A DNA stretch of 63,577 nt, the filler included, from Octopus bimaculoides (lineage: Eukaryota): assembly GCF_001194135.2 (NCBI RefSeq). It is 4 parts of 4 records of this genome, joined end to end, with 100 filler letters (N's around TTAATTAATTAA, not from the genome) between each part and the next. Parts side by side here need not be neighbours in the genome. Positions count along the whole stretch, not along the records: positions 62,388 to 63,577 come from NW_026319452.1; 3 more parts are not named here. One strand, given 5' to 3'. Below the pieces are notes generated by a model. The model searched no databases. It saw only the letters and a program-made list of their open reading frames with translations, and was not told the DNA's origin. The translations under genes were made by a program, and so were the position numbers. Position 1 is the first letter of the stretch. The number at the start of each line of letters is the position of its first letter. Shown here piece by piece: positions 62,388 to 63,577 of the stretch.

Positions 62388-63577
62388 ATTTGTTGAGTTA
62401 AATACCAGTCAATTGATCTGAAAATATAAAGGTACACCACTGCCATTCACATCATAGAAAACATCAATAGATCAATAATATTTACTCTATTAACTATATT
62501 AACCACATTGAAATAAACATCTTTGTATTGTATAAAATGTTTCTATTTCTTCCTGCTTTACCTCTTGGTATTCCAATAATATTCACAACATTATTGATGA
62601 TGATGGTGACAATGATGATAGTATACTTGTGAAATCTTTAATAAACCCTTATTATCATTCATTATTATTTTTTAATGGAGGCTGACTTTGTTGGTGTATG
62701 AGGAAACCAGTCAGCCAGAGAGAAGAACCCCAGTACTTCAAAGGATGATACAGTGTCTGACATTAAAACTATTTAAAACAGATTTAACTGAGGGACAACA
62801 TTATATATTGAAAACCTGGAGAATCACCAGAAAAGGAAACACAATAATGGTGTGTGTATTCCTCTCTATAATAAATAATGTTTCCATATAAATGTTAAAA
62901 GTCATGGAGGAATTTAAGCAAAGGTTTTCAAGTAAAATAATATACAGAACATCTGTGGGTCGTGGTGAATATATATTTCACACAATCACTTTATATTTAT
63001 TTGAGATAGAAAATTTTGGGACAAGTTAAAATCACCAGAGAAACAATGATCAAAAGGTTTTTCAATGAAGAGGTCACATTAAGTTAGAGTAATGACAACT
63101 CCAAGATAAAATACAGATTGACCAGAATAAAGAAAAGAAAAGAGATTTTCAGTAAATATTCCATTCAAATTTTGGTATGAGGCCAGTATTTTAAGGGGAG
63201 GGGATAAGTCAGTGACATCAACCCTAGTACTCAACTGGTACTTATTTTATTGATCCCGAAAGGAGAAAAAGTAAAGACGACCTTGGTAGAATTTGAACTC
63301 AGAACGTAAAGACAGACAAAATACCGCTAACCTTTTTTGCCCTGAGTGCTAATGTATCTGCAAGCTCATTGCCTTTCTTATTACAACTATTGAAACATAA
63401 ATACTGGTAAGATTGTATTCATTATACATACAATACAATATATTCTCTTTCATGAATAAATGACATATAGATAATAAAAATACAATTACTATAATTAAAT
63501 GAAATAATATATTTTACAATAAATATAATTCCCTTAATCAATAAAATTTCAAAGAAATATCTAATGACAGAAAAGCT

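Overview
AT-rich, microsatellite-saturated animal genomic DNA with many N gaps. The repeat repertoire (tRNA-derived SINEs with internal microsatellites, GAT-tailed retroposons, RLE-type LINE fragments, mariner/piggyBac/hAT/Helentron derivatives) suggests an octopus or other coleoid cephalopod; this is inference. Three identical 100-bp spacers (N44-TTAATTAATTAA-N44) are artificial joins that split the window into four blocks. Supported coding content is all on the minus strand: (1) an unidentified gene with phase-compatible exons at 13103-11557, 2281-2154 and 354-218, probably preceded by a partial exon at 22469-22402; (2) three consecutive exons (61471-61343, 60295-60188, 59104-59018) of a Ral GTPase-activating protein beta subunit (RALGAPB) on a 5.5-kb contig. 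The most notable non-genic signals are a 234-bp inverted-repeat element enclosing a complete minimal hammerhead-ribozyme-like core (5121-5354), RLE-LINE fragments that abut either (AAT/GAT)n or (CATA)n arrays, a chain of elements strung along one (AAT)n array (40908-42372), and long near-perfect palindromes (4939-5091, 10459-10623). Most listed ORFs are artefacts of N runs or microsatellites. No rRNA, genuine tRNA gene or CRISPR array is supported.
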